A stretch of DNA of 63,973 bases, filler included, from an uncultured bacterium (GTDB lineage: Bacteria; Hinthialibacterota; Hinthialibacteria; Hinthialibacterales; Hinthialibacteraceae): NCBI GenBank assembly GCA_964449065.1. It is 12 parts of 12 records of this genome, joined end to end, with 100 filler letters (N's around TTAATTAATTAA, not from the genome) between each part and the next. Parts side by side here need not be neighbours in the genome. Positions count along the whole stretch, not along the records: positions 1 to 5,490 come from CAYVAZ010000337.1; positions 5,591 to 11,000 come from CAYVAZ010000339.1; 10 more parts are not named here. One strand, 5' to 3'. A program made the translations under genes and the position numbers. Every line of letters begins with the position of its first letter. Positions within the stretch are counted from its first letter, which is position 1. A model generated the notes under the pieces. That model did no database searches. It saw only the letters and a program-made list of their open reading frames with translations, and had not been told where the DNA came from. Below are positions 1 to 9,019 of this stretch, piece by piece.

Positions 1-180
1 TTCTCCCTTTGGGAGAAGATAAGAGATGAGGGCGATGAGAGCGATGAGAGCGATGAGAGCGATGAGAGCGATTGCTCCCCATGACGCAGTAGGGTAATTA
101 GAGGTTTATTCCTCCCGAACTCTCACCCCGACCCTCTCCCGGTGGGCGAGGGCGATCAATTCAGCGAACGATTAGAAAAA
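1..180. repeat. Dispersed ~160-bp palindromic element (family A), partial at contig start
   Basis: TTCTCCCTTTGGGAGAAGATAAGAGATGAGG...ACCCTCTCCC..GGGCGAGGGCG..CAGCGAA; related copies at 14211-14369, 48297-48450 (reverse) and 27288-27320 (reverse, partial). Confidence 0.85.
32..72 (+). repeat. 9-bp tandem repeat (GCGATGAGA)x4 plus partial
   Basis: Read directly; expansion inside the family A element. Confidence 0.95.
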
Positions 181-212
181 CGGGCATATCATAATGTAGT
201 GCGTAACGTGAG

Positions 213-778
213 TTATTAATAAATACTCTTTCATATCAGCGCCCGAAGGTAAGCGATAGGGGGCGGGAATCTTTATCAAATATAACATCATACAAGGGAG
301 ATCTGTGTCCCTAGCGACTCGCCTAATTATTAATAAATACTCTTTCATATCAGCGCCCGAAGGTAAGCGATAGGGGGCGGGAATCTTTATCAAATATAAC
401 ATCATACAAGGGAGATCTGTGTCCCTAGCGACTCGCCTAATTATTTATAAATACTCTTTCATATTAGCGCCCGAAGGCAAGCGATAGGGGGCGGTAATCT
501 TAATCCCATCCATCCACGTATACAGGTGATCGGTGTCCCTAGCGACTCGCTAGTGTATTGAATACCGTTTCATATCAGCGCCCGAAGGCAAGCGATAGGG
601 AGCGGTAAACTTAATCCTATCTATCCACGCATTCAGGTGATTGGTGTCCCTAGCGACTCGCTAGTGTATTGAATATCCTTTTATCTCAGCGCCCGAAGGC
701 AAGCGATAGGGAGTGAAAATCTTCATCAATTATAACATCACACAAGGGGAAAACGCGTCCCTAGCGACTCGCTAGTGT
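213..778. repeat. Tandem array of five 111-114 bp imperfect palindromic units
   Basis: AGCGCCCGAAGGYAAGCGATAGGG at 238, 352, 466, 577, 688 (periods 114,114,111,111), each followed ~40 nt later by GTCCCTAGCGACTCGC. Confidence 0.95.
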
Positions 779-2158
779 TTAAAGCATCTCATGTTTGTGA
801 AGACCATGGTTGCGTTGTTTTCGTTGCAGGCTTCGATGACTTCCGAATCACGGAGCGAGTCTCCCGGTTGGACGATGGCTTTGATGCCTTGGCGCAGCAG
901 GGCGTCGGCGCCGTCGCGGAACGGGAAGAAGGCGTCCGAGGCGGCGACGGCTCCTTCTAAGCCCGCGTTGCCGTCTTTGGCTTCTTCAGTGATATCTTGC
1001 AATACGCTTTCGGGATGATTTCCCATTCTGACCTCGAGTTCGAGCGCGTCATAGTTCAGGCCGAAGCGTTTTTTGGCGATGAGGGCGCGGCGTGATTCAT
1101 ACGCTTTGGATACACATTGTTTCGCCATCATCACCCGGTCTTGCCCGCCCGCGCCGATGGAGACGGTCGCCAAGTTCTTTGCGGTGAGAACCGAGTTGGA
1201 GATGACTCCGGTTTCGACCATCCACGCGAACCAGAGGTCTTTGAGCTCTGCTTCGGTTGGTTCGCGTTCGATGGATACCGTTTTACCTGTCTTGACTAAC
1301 TTCCCGCCTGCCATATTGCGTTCGGCTATGTCTTTGGGGACGACGATCAAGCGTTTGAAGTCTTCAAACGAGCGGATGGGGGCTTGCTCTTTTCCGGCGG
1401 TGGGGATGTAGGACCATTGATGGATGATGGAGCCGTCCATCAGGCACTTGGTATCGAGAAAGGGCTGCCCGATGTAGTTGTGCAGGCGGGTGATATCTTT
1501 CAACTCTACAATACGCAAATTCTTTCGTTTGGCGAGGATATCGAAAGCCCCCTCGGCATAGGCGGGGGCGCAAATCACTTCAAAATACTCCCGGCTAATC
1601 GCTTGGGCGGTTTCTTTGTCGAGTACGCGGTTGACGGCTAATACGCCGCCAAAGGGCGCGATGGGGTCGGCTTCANNNNNNNNNNTTGGTGTAGGCATCG
1701 AGCAGAGTAGTGCCGATGGCGGCGCCGCAGGGGTTGTTGTGTTTGACAATGATGGCGCAGGGTTCCTCGTGAAAGTATTTGAGGATAGCGAGCGCGTTGT
1801 CGATATCGGTCAAGTTGGTTTTGCTGGGGTGTTTGCCGAACTGCAAGAGCGATTCGGTGTTGATGCCGCCGGTGAGTTCATCGCCCGCGCCGAGAAATTT
1901 GATACCGGCCAGGATGAGGTGCCCGTTGATGGGTTTGTAAAGGGCGGCTTCCTGCTTGGGGTTTTCGCCGTAGCGCAGGCCGTTTTCTTCCATTTCGCCT
2001 TCGGCGTTGGGGATCTTCCAGGTGACCTTTTCATACAGACACACTTGCGCTTGAGTGGCTTTGAGAACATCGATATCGTTGGGGTCGTTGGTGAATCCGG
2101 AAAAGTAGTATTGGGGAAAATGATCGGACGATATGGTTGAGTATTGCTTTATGCTCAT
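772..2158 (-). CDS. purH: PurH-family AICAR transformylase-type protein lacking the N-terminal MGS/IMPCH domain; split only by a 10-N gap
   Basis: LRYGENP, IIVKHNNPCG, APFGG, ASDAFFPFRDG, IVQPGDSLRDSEVIEAC, RCFKH motifs across ORFs 1673..2158 and 772..1749. Confidence 0.9.
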
Positions 2159-2180
2159 GCTTGTTCTCCAAACGGTGGTT

Positions 2181-3521
2181 CTATGAAATCGCGGCGCCCC
2201 CAGACGGACGGCTTTGGATGATGGGATCGATTGTAGACCAATCCCCCCGGTTGTACCATTGCTGTCTCATGCGGTTTGTAAAGTCTGTCACTTCATCTTT
2301 GGGGACGATGTTAATGGTGCAGCCGCCGAATCCGGCCCCGGTAACGCGGGACGCGAGCGCGCCGTTTTTCCGCGCGCATTGCACCAGCGATTCGATTTCG
2401 GGGCAGGAGATTTCCATGTCGTCCCGCGCGCTGATGTGGCCTTGGTTGATGAGTTCGCAGAAGCGGGTTGTGTCATTTTCCTGTAATGCAATACATGCTT
2501 CTTCGACGCGGATGGCATCGCTGACGACATGCCGAAAGCGTTTGCCGCAGAAGAAAGAGAATTCGTTTACCGAAGATTCACTGAATCCAAAGTATTCGAA
2601 TGTTCCGTGCAGCAAGGGGTCATCGTTTATTTTCTTTCTGAGTTCTTCAATCGTGTATCTTTCATTCATGCTGAGTTCGATCAGGGATTGCAGGAGTCCA
2701 TAGGAGCAGCTCAACGGCGGCTTTAGCAATCCGCCTATATTGCGGAGGGGCTGGGTTAGACAATCGGATAAATGACGGCGAAGGATGATCTTGGCCAAAT
2801 CGCATTCTAACGCCCGCATGTTATATTGCATACGGGTTTCAGAAGACTTCTTTGCCTCCACGCCGCTATGACATATCACGACGCTGATATCCTGTGGAAA
2901 TGGAATGGGGGTAACATGCAGCGGGTAAAAATCGATTTTCATACAGTGGTTTTTCTTCGCTAGAAGTGACGATGCCTGGTCCATCCCTCCGCCGATTGTT
3001 CCGACATAATGTTCCGCGTACATCATGCTTTCCGCCAGTATCTTAGGGTCTGCTTCAACTTCATTCGCGCGCAAAAGCGCCAGCGCGGAGGCCACGACCA
3101 GCGCGGAAGAGGAAGACAACCCCGCATTGGGAGGGATGTTGCCTGCTATGCGGATTTCACATCCAACCGGATTTTTTCCTGCTGGAGAAATGAAATCGAT
3201 TAAGGCCGCCCGCATCCCCGCTTTGACATAATTGCACCAATGCCCCGGCGGGTGTTTGGGGATATCTTTCGATACAGAGAAGGTTTCGGCGGCGCTTTGA
3301 TCCCCCTTACCCCCCTCAATAAGTGGTGCATCAACGGCATTCGATTCTTGAGCGTTTTCGGATTTGAGGCTTGCAATTACCTTCGGTTTGTCCAACCGCT
3401 TGCCGGTGATGGTGATGCGGCGTTCGATGGCCATCGGCAAAACGGGCAGACCGTTGTAATCGGTGTGTTCGCCCAGAAGGTTGACGCGGCCGGGCGCGGT
3501 TATGGTGAAGGTGTTTTTCAT
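2181..3521 (-). CDS. galK: Galactokinase (GHMP kinase)
   Basis: APGRVNLLGEHTDYN, IPPNAGLSSSSA, GGMDQ, SRVTGAGFGGC; start set to MKNTF. Confidence 0.93.
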   Translation of the reverse strand: MKNTFTITAPGRVNLLGEHTDYNGLPVLPMAIERRITITGKRLDKPKVIASLKSENAQESNAVDAPLIEGGKGDQSAAETFSVSKDIPKHPPGHWCNYVKAGMRAALIDFISPAGKNPVGCEIRIAGNIPPNAGLSSSSALVVASALALLRANEVEADPKILAESMMYAEHYVGTIGGGMDQASSLLAKKNHCMKIDFYPLHVTPIPFPQDISVVICHSGVEAKKSSETRMQYNMRALECDLAKIILRRHLSDCLTQPLRNIGGLLKPPLSCSYGLLQSLIELSMNERYTIEELRKKINDDPLLHGTFEYFGFSESSVNEFSFFCGKRFRHVVSDAIRVEEACIALQENDTTRFCELINQGHISARDDMEISCPEIESLVQCARKNGALASRVTGAGFGGCTINIVPKDEVTDFTNRMRQQWYNRGDWSTIDPIIQSRPSGGAAIS

Positions 3522-3813
3522 AGTAAGAATATCATAACCATATAGACACGGAGAGCACAGAGAGTTGAAACGAAAAAAAATATTGTGAAGGAATGCGATT
3601 GTACATATTAGGATAAAGCGGATTAGAGGGGGGGTGAAAAACGTAATCACTGAATTGATTGCAAAAAACGCTAAGAATATTATGAAGTCAATGGCATTGA
3701 TTATATTTCTGATTCTTATTTATGTGTTGACATTTTATTTTTTTTTTGACATACACTAACGGCTATGTATCGCAAACTGTCAGCATTTCAACAATCGTTT
3801 GCATAAGGCCGTT

Positions 3814-4452
3814 ATGGTTAATCACAAACACACCATACTGATTATTGAAGATGACCAGAGTTATCGCCGGTCGCTTCGAGCGAATTTGCGTAATCAATAC
3901 AGGATATTTGATTGTGAAAGCGGAGAAGAAGGGGTAAAGATTATACAGAAAGAGACTATCGATGTCTGCCTGCTGGATTATATTCTTCCCCAAATGCGGG
4001 GCGATGAAGTCATCCCTCTCATCCGGGAAATCAAACCGGAAATGCCCATCGTGTTCATGACCGCTTTTCCCGATTGGGATTTGAAAACCAAGGTGGAGGA
4101 CGAAATGAAGGGAACGCAGATTTTTGTCACAAAACCAACCAATAATGAATATCTGAAAGAAATCATAGATATCTGTGTTTCCGGAAAAATGAATGAACGC
4201 AAACAACATGAAGTGAAATTCAGAAAAAACAGCGGCAAGAAGAAAAAAGATAACTCAGAGAAGGTTCCGAAAAGCCGGAGATTGATTGATATCGTCATGT
4301 TGGCGAAAGAGGAGCCGGACAAATGGGACGCGGGGAAATTAAGCGTTCGTTTCGGATGTACGCCGAAACGAATATACAAAGATATAGATGAAATCAGAGA
4401 AGGGGGAATCAAGATTGAGCGCATAAATAACGGCTATTCCATCCTTGAATGA
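3814..4452 (+). CDS. Response regulator: REC domain + C-terminal winged HTH (HTH_11-like)
   Basis: ILIIEDD, CLLDYILP, FMTA, TKP receiver motifs; C-terminal AGKLSVRFGCTPKRIYKDIDEIREGG. Confidence 0.85.
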   Translation: MVNHKHTILIIEDDQSYRRSLRANLRNQYRIFDCESGEEGVKIIQKETIDVCLLDYILPQMRGDEVIPLIREIKPEMPIVFMTAFPDWDLKTKVEDEMKGTQIFVTKPTNNEYLKEIIDICVSGKMNERKQHEVKFRKNSGKKKKDNSEKVPKSRRLIDIVMLAKEEPDKWDAGKLSVRFGCTPKRIYKDIDEIREGGIKIERINNGYSILE

Positions 4453-4620
4453 AAAAAAGTGTCCCCCCCGTTGTTCACAAATTGAATAGTATTCAGATTT
4501 GCTATTGACAAGAATGGTTCTTAACGAATAATCTTACAGAAAATGATTACCGACTAAGATTTAATACTGAATGATTAGACATATACGGTGTAATCACACT
4601 TTTTCCATGAGGATACCACT

Positions 4621-5490
4621 ATGATAAAAAAACAACTTTTACTCTTTCTTACCCTCGTATTGACAACTGTATCATCCTCCGGCAGTGAGGTTACGCTCTA
4701 CCGCACCATCGAAGGGCGATATGCCACGTTGGAATCGGCGCAAGAACATGTTGCCCCCGCCAGCGATATTGTGGAGCGGGACGGCAAATTCTACATCGTC
4801 AGCGGATTGTTCGGCAAGTTTGAAGACGCCATGCCGGAAGACCCCGAGCATACGGAATGGAACAAACGCTGGAAACACGTGCTGCCCGTGAAGTCATCCG
4901 CGGATGAAGCCCGGCAACAAGGCTTTGAAATCCCCGTGACCATCCCGCAGCAAATCCGGCGCAAACCGGAGTTCGCAACGATTCCGGTCAACAAACCGCT
5001 GGCAAATGTGCTGCGAAGCACCACCGCCCGTGTTAAAGCCATTGAAGAAAACACAGACCGGCCGGAGAACCAACGCCGCCAAGAGATGATTCAAATCTTG
5101 GAGCCGCAGCTCGACAAATTCGCCGCCGTTGCAGAGCGTGCCGCCGACCCGCAAGACGCCGCTTTCGCGCAATATTGGCTAGCGAAAACGTGTTATATCA
5201 AAGGAGTGGCCTTATCCGTAGAGCGTTTGCCCAAGACCTCATTCAACCACGAACGCATGGCCTGGCTGGAAGAAGAGTTGTGCTACGACTCGGCGATGGA
5301 AGCGATTGATACTTTCCTGGAGCGGTTCCCCAATCATGAGCGCACGGAAGAAGTGGCGTATTTGAAAGCCGCGACCAGCTACCACCTCACCTACCGGGGG
5401 CACCACCGCCATCAAGTGGAACTGGCCCAAAAGGCTTATCAAGATTTCATCGACCAATACCCCAACAGCGAAAGAGTCCCCCGCGCGAAA
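4621..5490 (+). CDS. Secreted protein with TPR/BamD-like helical repeats, 3' truncated by contig end
   Basis: Signal peptide MIKKQLLLFLTLVLTT; repeats FLERFPNHER and FIDQYPNSER; RBS GAGGA. Confidence 0.7.
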
Positions 5491-5590
5491 NNNNNNNNNN
5501 NNNNNNNNNNNNNNNNNNNNNNNNNNNNNNNNNNTTAATTAATTAANNNNNNNNNNNNNNNNNNNNNNNNNNNNNNNNNNNNNNNNNNNN
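5491..5590. other. Artificial contig linker (N44-TTAATTAATTAA-N44)
   Basis: Same 100-nt linker at 11001, 16454, 21835, 27188, 32538, 37880, 43185, 48490, 53786 and 59074; stops in all six frames. Confidence 0.99.
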
Positions 5591-5998
5591 CCGCCGTTGT
5601 TGCCCCCCCCTTATTAAGGGGGGTAGGGGGGATTCAAGAATCAACGCAGCCAACCAATCACAAAGCGCAGCCCTAGGAGGGCAAGGCTCCCGCCGAGCCA
5701 GGTTTTTGAGGGCGAAACTCCCCGCCGAGCCAGAAGCACCCGCCGTTGTTGCCCCCCCCTTATTAAGGGGGGTAGGGGGGATTCAAGAATCAACGCAGCC
5801 AACCAATCACAAAGCGCAGCCCTAGGAGGGCAAGGCTCCCGCCGAGCCAGGTTTTTGAGGGCGAAACTCCCCGCCGAGCCAGAAGCACCCGCCGTTGTTG
5901 CCCCCCCCTTATTAAGGGGGGTAGGGGGGATTCAAGAATCAACGCAGCCAACCAATCACAATGCGCAGCCCTAGGAGGGCGAGGCTCCCGCCGAGCCA
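5591..5998. repeat. 149-bp composite tandem repeat (~2.75 copies) built from palindromic modules
   Basis: CCGCCGTTGTTG at 5591, 5740, 5889; modules CCCCCCTTATTAAGGGGGG and GGAGGGCRAGGCTCCCGCCGAGCC recur at 8862-8890 and 16345-16453. Confidence 0.95.
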
Positions 5999-6286
5999 GC
6001 GAAACGCTTGAATTCAATCCTATGAAATGGAAATACCCCCGCTGTCATTCGCGTGAATTAGCGTGTATTCGCGGTTATTTGTGCACGAAGAGCAGCCAAG
6101 TTAGGGGGAATGCCCACAGAGCAGATGGGGTTGTAACATAGCCGTCGACAGAATGGATATGCACCCTTTGAAACCTCTTGCGTTTACAATAAATTCATGA
6201 ATAAATGTATTTGCAAAACGGAATAAAAATAGGAATTGGATCGCTACCATGCGGAAATGAATGAGCAGAATCCAGGAGTCAAAATC

Positions 6287-7624
6287 ATGAATACGCAATC
6301 GTTCACCCGGCGTTCGTTTTTGAAAGCCAGTTCATTATCAATGCCGGCCATCGTTGCCGCAAACACTGTATCCGCTAAGGCGGATAAACCCGCCGTGTTG
6401 GGAGGAAAACCAACCCGCGCAAAAGACCTGCCGGAATGGCCGGTTATTGAGGACGAAGACCGCCGCCGCTTTCATGACGCGCTGGAACGCAAAGCCTGGT
6501 GCCGCTTGTATGACGACATTACAACCACGTTTGAAACCCAATGGGCCGAAGCCAACGGGGCCAAACACGCCATCGGTGTAGTGAACGGTACCAATGCCCT
6601 CTACGCGGGCTTAAACGCGGTAGGTGTAGAACCGGGCGATGAAGTTTTGGTCTCTCCTTATACATTCATGGCGACCGTTAACGCCGTATTTCAAAACTAC
6701 GCGTTGCCCGTGTTTGTCGATAGCGATAAAGATAGTTTTCAATTGGACGGGAAAAAACTGGAAGAAAAAATAAACGAAAACACCAAATGCATTCTGCCCG
6801 TGCAGTTCGGCGGCAACATGGTGGATATGGATACCCTTATGGCTGTTGCCAAAAAACACAGCCTCGCTGTTGTTGAAGACGCCTGCCAGTCACACTTTGC
6901 CGAATGGAAAGGCCAAAAGGCCGGGGCGATCGGCGATATCGGATGCTTCAGCCATCAATCCACCAAAATACTGCCTTGCGGGGAAGGCGGCAGTGTGATC
7001 ACCAGCAGCGAAGCGTTGTATGACAAACTGCACGCGTTTCAAAACAACGGCAGAGACCGCCGCATCGGTACCCGCGATGGGATTTTACATCAAGGCACTA
7101 ACTTACGCATGACCGAGTATCAGGCGGCGCTTCTAATCGCGCAGTTGGCACGCTTGGAAGAGCAATGCACTCTCCGCGCGGCCCGTGCGGATTATTTAAC
7201 AAACATGCTGGATGAAATCCCCGGCATCCACCCGGCAAAGATGTATGAGGGCTGTACCCGTAATACCTATTATCTCTATATGCTTCGTGTGGTGCCGGAA
7301 GAATTCAAAGGACTCTCAAAACAGCAGTTCCGCGGCGCGTTGTCCAAAGAAGGCATCCCATCGTGGAGCGGTTATAACCCGCTGAACAAAGAACCGTTTA
7401 TTAAAACCATGCTCAATTCCAAAGGCTTCAAACGCATTTACAGCGAAAACCGCCTTAAAGAATATTGGGATCGGATCGAACTGCCGGATAATAATATCTT
7501 ATGCGCGCAAGGCATGTACATCCCTCATGAAGCCTTGTTAGGTACCAAAGAAGATGTCGAGCAAATCGCATACGCGATACAAAAAATCTACGATCATGCG
7601 GATGCGATTAAGAAGTTGAAGTAG
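6287..7624 (+). CDS. DegT/DnrJ/EryC1/StrS PLP aminotransferase with Tat signal
   Basis: TRRSFLK leader; NGTNAL, VVEDACQSH, CFSHQSTKILPCGEGG (PLP Lys), NLRMTEYQAA; RBS AGGAG. Confidence 0.92.
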   Translation: MNTQSFTRRSFLKASSLSMPAIVAANTVSAKADKPAVLGGKPTRAKDLPEWPVIEDEDRRRFHDALERKAWCRLYDDITTTFETQWAEANGAKHAIGVVNGTNALYAGLNAVGVEPGDEVLVSPYTFMATVNAVFQNYALPVFVDSDKDSFQLDGKKLEEKINENTKCILPVQFGGNMVDMDTLMAVAKKHSLAVVEDACQSHFAEWKGQKAGAIGDIGCFSHQSTKILPCGEGGSVITSSEALYDKLHAFQNNGRDRRIGTRDGILHQGTNLRMTEYQAALLIAQLARLEEQCTLRAARADYLTNMLDEIPGIHPAKMYEGCTRNTYYLYMLRVVPEEFKGLSKQQFRGALSKEGIPSWSGYNPLNKEPFIKTMLNSKGFKRIYSENRLKEYWDRIELPDNNILCAQGMYIPHEALLGTKEDVEQIAYAIQKIYDHADAIKKLK

Positions 7625-7960
7625 ACGATAGCGGTTAATAAATTATGTTGAAACTAAATAAAACGGTCGTTCCGGTTGGGCGGGAGAGTTGCCCTCCCTA
7701 AAACGAACAAAATCTACAATCCTCTCTATATGCCGCTGTTTCCATTTCGGATCGATATGAAACCCGATGAACTAAAAAGGCCGTGTTGTCATTCGCCTAA
7801 ATTGGCATGTATTCGCGGTAACAAAATGGGAAAAAAAGTCCGATGTTGGAACTCTTTTTATAAGAAAGAAAAAATAAGGGAAATTAAATTGAGTCTGTAT
7901 AAAAGAAAATGAAAAGGGAGACGATCACGCCTCCCATTTTACTGTCGTTTACCATCCCAT

Positions 7961-8194
7961 TTAATTTAATGCGTCAAACGTATCTTGCGTTGAAGATGAC
8001 GGTTGCGGCGCGGATTCCTGCGCGGATCGCGCTTCCGACGAAATTTGCACACTGTCAGCTTGAACAGCAGATTGTGCCGCTTGCTGTTGAACTTGTTGAT
8101 TGGCCGGTTGTTGTGCTACTTGATTTGGTGTTGCCGCTACATTCACTTGTGATACGGTTTGGCTTGCAGTACTAATCGCGTTTACATCACCCAT
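7961..8194 (-). CDS. Small Q/A/S-rich protein with FlgM-like DSVQISSEAR motif
   Basis: RBS GGAAGGA, upstream sigma28-type promoter, DxVxIS motif. Confidence 0.65.
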   Translation of the reverse strand: MGDVNAISTASQTVSQVNVAATPNQVAQQPANQQVQQQAAQSAVQADSVQISSEARSAQESAPQPSSSTQDTFDALN

Positions 8195-8256
8195 TGTCTC
8201 ATTCCTTCCAAGAATTGTTTATCTTTTTCGTATAGTTAGGATAACCCTATTAACAA

Positions 8257-8283
8257 ACATCGACAAAAAATGTACAGACTTTA
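8257..8283 (-). promoter_or_regulatory. Sigma28 (FliA/SigD)-type promoter
   Basis: Minus strand TAAA-N15-GTCGATGT vs consensus TAAA-N15-GCCGATAA, ~60 nt upstream of ORF 7961..8194. Confidence 0.6.
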
Positions 8284-8355
8284 GAAAAAAAAATTTTCTA
8301 TTTAGATTTCGGATGTCCGGTTTTCCGTCCGTATTTCTGTTGCAGAGGTCGCAGG

Positions 8356-8450
8356 GAAGGGCATCTTTTTCCTAACCGGAGATTTTTGAGTAGCTTTAGC
8401 CGCCCGTTTGCGTCCCAATGAATCCCTTCGGTATCCGGCCGTTCGCCTTC
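8356..8450 (-). ncRNA. Possible degenerate c-di-GMP-I (GEMM)-like leader RNA
   Basis: Minus strand GGCGAAC..GAAG loop..GGGACGCAAA..GGCTAAA..GATGCCC in GEMM-I order; pairing imperfect. Confidence 0.25.
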
Positions 8451-8757
8451 TTTATCGGAAGGCAAATCTCCTGTGATATCCACCCAAGTGTTTGAACCTT
8501 TCGGTAGAGGGGATTCCGTTGCTGGAATCGAGCCACAACCGGTCAGCCAATATTTACGCGTATTGAAACCGAGTGGAAAGTTTCGGATTTTGTTAATGGT
8601 ATTATTCCAAACAAGACCACGTACAAAAACGTCAGGATTTCTTTGCACCGTTCGTCGAAAATATTTATGGAACTCGATTTAACCGGAATACAGTAAGTTA
8701 TACCTTTTCAATAAAATCCTGTTGCATCCACTATTCCCTCTCTAATGTTTTGGGTGA

Positions 8758-8976
8758 GGTTTGAGTAGTTGCCAAATGCGTTTTCGTTTTGGGAGGACGT
8801 ACCGCATTGTTAAATAGAACGGCTATAGGTTTTTGAGTGGTTGCCAAATGCGTTTTCGTTTTGGGAGGGCGAGGCTCCCGCCGAGCCGGAAGTACCGTTC
8901 ATTTCAATCAAAACGTATTTTTAATAACCGCTATAAAGGGACTACCGTAGGGGAACGCTGCAACGTGCCCCTACGG
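8758..8976. repeat. Repeat cluster: ~38-bp direct repeat, GGAGGGCGAGGCTCCCGCCGAGCC module, GTAG-type REP hairpin
   Basis: TTGCCAAATGCGTTTTCGTTTTGGGAGG twice; CCGTAGGGGAACGCTGCAACGTGCCCCTACGG at 8945-8976, near-identical hairpin at 59248-59275. Confidence 0.8.
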
Positions 8977-9019
8977 TGTATAAAAGAGAAATGATGTATC
9001 AATCAAACTCTGAAACGCT

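Noticed and set aside
172..405. 77-aa ORF with internal duplication
   Set aside because: Translation of the tandem repeat; no coding evidence
213..778. CRISPR array
   Set aside because: Period of 111-114 bp is too long, the variable segments are homologous to each other (two identical), and no cas genes are present
1676..1685. Frameshift or split gene in purH
   Set aside because: The break coincides with a 10-N placeholder gap; a gap of about 6 nt restores the frame
5535..5546. Recurring TTAATTAATTAA motif and ORFs ending in LIN
   Set aside because: Artificial linker
5790..6017. 75-aa ORF
   Set aside because: Lies wholly within the 149-bp repeat
8298..8648. 116-aa ORF
   Set aside because: No recognisable motif or RBS; the region looks like leader/regulatory DNA
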